Of a stretch of DNA of 64,000 bases, positions 56,471 to 64,000 are shown one piece after another. Position numbers and translations under genes: made by a program. Source of the stretch: the human T2T-CHM13v2.0 reference genome, Homo sapiens; the NCBI GenBank assembly GCA_009914755.4, contig CP068257.2, positions 26,144,001 through 26,208,000 of the forward strand. Direction: 5' to 3'. The stretch's first letter is position 1, and the number at the start of each line of letters is the position of its first letter. Below the pieces are notes generated by a model, which worked only from the letters and a program-made list of their open reading frames with translations, was not told where the DNA came from and did no database searches.

Positions 56471-59400
56471 TATCAGAGGAAATACACTGGGGAAAAGTAA
56501 TGACCAATATCTGCCATCTTAGCATAGCCCACAACAAAATCAGATCTCTCATTTATTTTTCTTAACAGTATCTGCCTTCAGTTTAAGAATAATAGAAGTT
56601 TTTCTGAATATATCTTTTAATGTCGGTCTTGTCTATTCGTTTAACTTCACAATGATATAAAGTTTCATGGTATCTTTTACTTTCCTCTGTTCCCTTCACC
56701 CCAAACACGCTATACAAAATAAAACCATTTTTTATGTCTTTTCTAATAAGAGGTTATATACAATGTCAACACCTGCATTTTTATGTTAGAGGTTAAATCA
56801 GAACTTAGGGTTAACTTGGAGCACTTCCTGTCACCTTAGTGGTGGGGTGCCTCTTTTGAAAACAGAATAAGACAACTTCTGATTCCAACTCTGCATACTG
56901 AGGAGCAACTGATGATTTATTTCTGTGTCCCAGGTCCCAGAGGAAGGCTGGAGAACAGTCAAGTTGTTGTTCCCGACATCAGTGGTTTTGGCAATTATAG
57001 CATAAGAGAGAAACAGTCACAAGTTGAAAACATAAGCCAGTTTACTTTTTTAAATATTGCCACAAGAAAATAACTCACCTATTAATAAAAAAAAGTGGAC
57101 CTATAGTTAAAATTATATTTATAGCTTGATCTTGATATTGTCTTTTTTCCTAAAAGAATGTTTTCCATATAATTTACTATAGTGTTTCTTTGAAAAAATA
57201 TTAAAAATAATTAATTTATATATTTATGCAAGGAAGTTGAAGAGCTCCTGCTCAAAAATGGAAATTGGTGGCTACTTTGTATTGATGAATGTGTAGTTAT
57301 AGTATTTAAAATATGATTCCAAAGACTGCATAAGAGAAATTAAAATTTGATATTAAAAATGGGTAAATAGAAGTATTTCAAATTTATTTTCTGGTTGACT
57401 TCAAAATAATACTTAAAAGTTAAAACTAAAATATGGCTTTTACTTCATCATATAAGCTTATGTTTGGCTTAAAAACTGGTAAATTCTATTGAATTATAAA
57501 ATTTGTGTCTTGTTCTGTTAAGTTAGCCTTGGCCTCAGAGCAATAGTTTGCATAAGCAGTTGGAAGTGTTCACTTTTTTTTTTTCTAAATCTGAGGTCAC
57601 TCTTCCGCCCAACTAACTAAATTTAATGTTGAAACCTGTATTTAACTGTTAGTAACTAAATACACAACAGAGTTTTCAGTCATCTAACACTTAATATTAA
57701 CTTCTCAAACAGTTGGCCTTAACATCATAATTTGAAGCCCCCAAAAAATGGATTTTTACTTAATATCTTTCAATCAATATCCAGTAATATCATTGTTTGA
57801 GAGAACCTGGATTTTGACAGTTCCTCAATACTATGTTTCATATGCAATGGAAAAATATGATATTAATTGACAGAAATATATAAAATCCAGATAGATCTGA
57901 TGTGCAAATTATAATTTAATGTCTTAATTGATACTTTGAAATAATTTTATTTACCTCAAATACTATACTCATAACTATCTCTTCTAGAATCAGAGAAAAC
58001 ATAAGAATATTTTCTGGTTTATTCTAGCCCTTCAATAAATCGATTAGATAATCCTCTATTCAACACTGGACCTATGGAGGGCCAATGGAGCCCCTCCAAG
58101 TAAGATTGAAATATTCCAAATAAACTAATCCTACGTGGATGCAATCTTTGCACTCACAATTTGTAAACTTTGAATTGATATTAGACATTAGAACACAGTA
58201 GTACGTGTTACAAGCTGCCTCTCCAAAATCAATGCCTTCACTATAGAACTTGCCTGAAGCAATGACTAAAACCAAGATTATCTCTGAACCATCAGAGATA
58301 GAAAATTCTGGGATGATTTCTACGTTTTGTGTTTTTGGAAGGATGAGTTATTGTGTCTCATTATAGATAATGAGACTCATTGTTTGGACGGCAAGTTATG
58401 GAACCCATCAACATACAAATTCTATGGTGAAAGGAACCATTACTTTAAGTGACTTATGTGCCACTTGCTGAGTCAAATTAAATGATAAATCAACTGCTAA
58501 AAGAAAAAATTGCACAAACTATTTATAACCTGAAACTTGGGGCTCGACTCACTGATATGTAAGACTTATCTGCCCAAACACTAAATTTCTTGCTGTTAAT
58601 GCATTTCCTTGTCTATCCACATCACTTCTTCATCTCATTGAGTCTTTGGTTTTCAGACACTCTATTATTAACTTACTCATCATCATTTCTACTCTCATAA
58701 AAAGCCTGTTTTCATTGATAGTCACTGAATAAACACATACTGAGGACCTGCCATATTTCAAAGGAAATTCACAAAGGATGAAACTGACAAGCAAGAAATG
58801 CACAGGGCCCTAAGGTGACTTGGAGGCTTTCAGATTAATGCTGTGGTAAGAGATGACATCACATTTTGAGAAATGACAAGCTTCCACTAAGAGTTAGGAT
58901 TTTCTCTTTGTACTCCTCCTTTCCTACCTGTACTTTACAATTGGAATAATGACCAAGAATAACATAGAATGAAACTTGGCTTCATAAATAATAACAATTG
59001 AAAAGAAGCATTTATAGAACATTTATTAAAACTAAGTAGGTGAGCACAAACTGAATAGTTCTACTTAAAAATTAATAGACAGATATGCTTCTGTATCTTG
59101 GTAACAGATGTCTTAAGTTAAATTGACATGACATGAATTGTACTTTCAGTTACTTCAATGATGGAGTATCCATCTTTTAAAGATTACTCTGCATTGGCAC
59201 CTTCAAACTAACTTGGCATTGTTCCTCTAAATGTCCTTGGCTCAAAATGTTTTACAATAAACTTCTAAGCCAGTGCAGGCAGAATCTTGGCTTTTATGGG
59301 ATCTGCCTCTGCCCACTTCAGGATACGTGTTATAATAAGCAGACACGCTGTTTTTTCATTATTAATAATTTAGCATATTCTTTCATATCTACCAAACATC

Positions 59401-60444
59401 AACGTTTAATTCCAATTTTATTTTGTAAACACAAGTTTATGTAAACACTTTTTAATACCTGAGAATTTGCCTTGCCTTTAAAAGCAGAAGCACAGAGAAA
59501 AGAAGAAACAAGATGAAGGACTAGGTCAAAATGACTACAATTAAAGGCATTGAAATTACATTGCCAAGCTTTTTTGTTTGGTAATTATCTGCTTTGTAAT
59601 TTTGGGAAAATAATCTCCCTCTTCCAATATTATGTATTATTAAATGGTAATTTTATATAGTTTATTTCTTGAGATGTTTCCTTAGTCATAATAGAAGTGA
59701 AAAAGTTCAAATGCTTAATAGCATTTCACTTTTACATTTTTTATCATCATACTTTTTATTTTTTCTCTATATCTGCGTAATTTCATTTATGTTTATACAA
59801 ACAAGAAAATCACCCTGCTTTATGGAACTTCTGAGTATTTAATTCATCTTTATATCAACTTATTTTATATATGAGCAAGTAAAATGCAAATATAGAAATA
59901 TGTGCCACAATTAGACATCATTTAAATTATATTTGAATGGTCAGATTTTTTTTGTCTCACTAAGCATGAACAAATGATGGTGGGTTTTCATAGAGAAGGT
60001 GTCTGGGCATTGCAAATGTGCAGAGTTCTGACAGTTCAAAGGCCTGTGCCATTGGGAAAAGCTAAAGCTGCCCAAAGTCAATTATTTACTCCTCAGCAAA
60101 GACTGTAAAGAAGCACAATGAACATGATAGTGGTCTGTAGGCCTAGTTGTGAACTAAAATAACCTAGGAAATTTTAACAGTCTCTGATGCCAAGTCTTAT
60201 TGCTAAACTCTGATAATTGCTCTTAAATTCATTAAAGAATATGACACTTGAAATAAACTTGGAGGTATATTAAATACATTTACTGTTAGGAAGAATGATG
60301 TGGAATTGGCAACATTTTATTATGTGTTGAAATTAAAAGGCAATTTCTAGTTAATGACATTTTATGCAATTTCATTTCTCAACAGGGGCCTAGAAAATGA
60401 GGGCAATCTTACAACATTTATAAACATGTCGTTCGCGGTTAATT

Positions 60445-60840
60445 CTTAAAATATTTTTTATTATACTTTAAGTTCTGGGATACATGTGCAGAGCATGCAG
60501 GTTTGTTACATAGGTATACACATGCCATGGTGGTTCGCTGCACCCACCAACCCATCATCTACATTAGGTATTTCTCCAAATGCTATCTCACCCCTAGGCG
60601 TCCACCCCCTATAGGCACTGGTGTGTCATGTTTCCCTCTCTGGTCTTGTGTTCTTTTTGTTCGGCTCCCACTTATGAGCGAGAACATGCGGTGTTTGGTT
60701 TTCTGTTCTTGTGTTAGTCTGCTGAGAATGATGATTTCCAGCTTTATCCATGTCCCTGCAAAGGACATGAACTCACCCTTTTTTATGGCTGCATAGTATT
60801 CCATGGTGTATATGTGCCACATTTTCTTTATTCAGGGTTA
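60445..60840 (-). mobile_element. Short (about 400 bp) 5'-truncated L1PA-type 3' end (3'UTR plus the extreme ORF2 C-terminus), reverse orientation
   Basis: ttattatactttaagttctgggatacatgtgcagagcatgcaggtttgttacataggtatacacatgccatggtggttcgctgcacccaccaacccatcatctacattaggtat...ggctcccacttatgagcgagaacatgcggtgtttggttttctgttcttgtgttagtctgctgagaatgatgatttccagctttatccatgtccctgcaaaggacatgaactcacccttttttatggctgcatagtattccatggtgtatatgtgccacattttctttattcag is the reverse complement of the remembered L1PA 3' end. Confidence 0.9.
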
Positions 60841-61959
60841 ATTTTATTTCTCCATTGAGTTAATCAGGCATGTCTTTCCTGAAATTAGGACTTGTCTATG
60901 ATTCTGTAAGTGTACAATAAATAAATTTTAAAATAGTTTTAAAAATCACTACATTAGGAAAAAAAGAGATAAATTAATAAAGATGAAAATTTAAGTCATT
61001 GAGTCCTCCTGTAGTATCTATTATGGTATTCAAATATATATAACTTGAATTGTACTGAAAATTCAAATGCATATAAAAAATTATTTAAGAGTTGGAAATA
61101 AGACAAAAATTGGGTGAAATAGTTTTTTTCAGTTGTTTAGTGGGATTGTTTAGTTTTCTAATAATAATACAGTTATGTTTGAAAATGATTTATTATTTGC
61201 TCAGAAGCTACTATGAAATTACATATTAACTTTAAGATTTCTTCCTAAAAGAGATTATATTCCTGAAGATTATGTGTCATTGTCATTTCACATCTCCCAT
61301 AGAAGTCTTATGCTAACATTCTTTTCTCCAAATGTCTAGAAATATCCAGTTTCTCAAATATTTTTGACCCATCTTTATCAACTTAACTGGTCTGTCATTA
61401 ATCAGTTGAATACATTTTTGGCACATGTCTATTCTGTTTCTATGTGAATCTTTTTTTAACTTTTTGAAATTTTACTTTGAAAACAATGCCTATGTACATT
61501 GCCAAACTATGTTAAAATGAAAAGGGACAATTTTCTCACATCTTAACAGGCAATATACACAGGCATTCAAAAGATTCTAATCTATTTAACTATTTATTAT
61601 TATATTGATAAGAGCATTTTTGATGTACGTGCATCACTGTTTTATTTTTCATGTATTTCAATATAATTTAAAACATCATTTTATCTTTTTTATGAAAAAT
61701 TAGATTTAGTATTCACAAGGATGAGAAAGGAGTTTTACAGTCTTACTGGGTAACCAATATTCACTCATAGATATCTAAGAAAAGCATTGCTATAATCAGG
61801 TCATAAACAATCATTTAGTCAACACGTCCATGGCTCTGCTTCAGTGGCCCAAGTCTATCTGGGAGTCATAAGCAAGGGGTTCCCGACATGCTTCATTTTG
61901 GGATGAAGAGGAAACATTTTTCTAGTTTGGGCTTTACTATATTGAAATCAATACACTGA

Positions 61960-62353
<394 letters not shown>

Positions 62354-64000
62354 TCAAACTATTTGTTTTATGAGATACTACCAGTCTTCCTCCTTAAACC
62401 TCTATATCTGATCTCTCTTACATTTTTCTACTGTGGTTGTCCATCTATCTGTTTGTGTAGCAGTGTCTCTATTTGTGTCTCTTTGTTTTCTTTTAGTTCC
62501 ATATCTTTATGTTATTATTATGACCATCATTATCATCTTAGTCATAACTACCATTAATAAACCAATAATTGTGCTAGACCCCTTATATATATATATTAAA
62601 ATTGATCTTCGACATATCACTGCAAGATATATGTATATGCAGGTGTGAGTCTGAGTGTATATAAAATAAACCTTTTTAGATGAGATACCATGCTCAAGGA
62701 GATTAAACACATTGCTCATGATCACGCTGCTAAATATCTACTAGAATATATCTCACAGTGGCTAGAAAAAAATGGGCCTACTAGGGCTGTGATTCTCAAA
62801 TTTTAACTGTGCATGCAAAGAATCTGGGGATCTTTTTAAAATGCAGATTCTGATGAAACGAGTTCAGGTGGTTGCCTCAGATACTGCATTTCTAACAAGC
62901 TCCTCCATAAAACCATTGCTGCTAATCCAAAGCCCATACTTGAAGTAGCACAATACATAGGAGCAATAGATCAGGAAAACTGCCCTTTGATTCAAACCTG
63001 AAGAAGTACTCAGGAGTACACTGTTGTTACTAATTACTCAGCCTTGGTTGGTACGTTGTCAAAGATCAAAAAACATTTTTAAAGATAAAAAAATTATTGG
63101 AAGGTGTGTAATGAAGGGTTAATTCTTCAGACATGGCTTTCCAAAACCTTGCACATTCCAAAGGTCTTCGGGACTGGCTCTCGACAAGCTCCTGGGAGAT
63201 GATAACCTATGAGCCCTTGGTATATGCTGCCTGATGAGAGTCTTCGTATACCTGAAAACGTAGGTCATACCAAATAGCTGATGCTAACAACATGATTTCT
63301 TGTGAGCACCTGTTTCTGTATGCCTATGACTTTGTGTAATGCCATATTAATATGACCTCTCTTAGGGCATAGGGAGGTTGGGAACTAAGTAGCTAAGTTC
63401 AGTCACAGGACGCTCGATGCATATGTGGTGGAATCCTAATAAAAACCCTGGACTCAAGACTGACTGAGCTTCCCTAGTTGGCAACAAGTTCACACATGTT
63501 GTCTCACACCACTGTAAAGAAAATTAGTCAGTGTGAAGTCCCCACTATGAAAGGACACCTGTAAGCTCACATCTGGTTTGTCCTGGACTCAACTTTATGT
63601 GCTCTTATGCTTCTGATTATTTTAATCTGGTTTCTTTCACTGTTAGAAACTATAACCACAAAAAAAATCAGCTTTCTTGAGTTATGTGAATCATTAAACC
63701 AAAGGGGGACTTGGGGACCTCCAATAAAAAGTATATATATTCTTAAAAAGAAAAAGAAAACTGGCTATAGCAGATATTGTTGATGACTTGTCTTCTATGT
63801 CCTGGACTCAATGTGTTCACCTGAAATTCACCTGTTTCCAGCTAACTGAGAGCTCCCCACATCATGCCTGTCTTTCTGATTTTTGGGCCTCCTGCAAGCT
63901 TCTTGAGGGTAACCAGTGTTTCTCAACCACACATAGGAACGAAGAAGGAGTTAGGGGTGGAGAGTTAATGATTCTAAGGCAATCCTTAAGCAATAAGAGA

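Noticed and set aside
62780-62960. Possible ancient DNA-transposon/MITE relic, with weak resemblance to the widespread gattctcaaa…gcatttctaacaagctcc… hAT-type non-autonomous element
   Set aside because: The similarity is patchy and I cannot assign a family or termini from memory. It is too weak to report as a feature.

Overview
This window is primate, almost certainly human, nuclear genomic DNA. It is repeat-rich and AT-rich, and it is not a prokaryotic or viral locus. I can see 19 Alu SINEs (many with recognisable target-site duplications), at least seven L1 LINE insertions or fragments, five MaLR-type (THE1/MST-like) solo LTRs, two ERVL (MLT2-like) solo LTRs, and more than 15 microsatellites. 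Essentially every ORF in the six-frame track longer than about 60 aa is a translation of Alu, L1 or simple-repeat sequence. For example, the 239-aa ORF at 10344..11063 is a decayed L1 ORF2 reverse-transcriptase fragment, and the 181-aa and 149-aa ORFs lie in Alu elements. I cannot support any cellular protein-coding exon, RNA gene or novel biological system from the sequence alone. The unique segments look like intronic or intergenic DNA.

The most interesting observations concern how the mobile elements are arranged:
- an L1 with a 5' inversion junction diagnostic of twin priming, at about 39.5-41.7 kb;
- a head-to-tail Alu dimer flanked by a single 16-17 bp direct repeat, at 45.1-45.7 kb;
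- a nested L1, carrying an Alu and an ERVL solo LTR, whose insertion order can be reconstructed, at 6.3-12.5 kb;
- a perfect 41-bp tandem duplication at 55.3 kb;
- a young-looking AluY at 47.6 kb;
- two short unique segments that retain CpGs, at 18.9 kb and 32.7 kb.

All family assignments are from memory of consensus sequences. They should be confirmed with RepeatMasker/Dfam.
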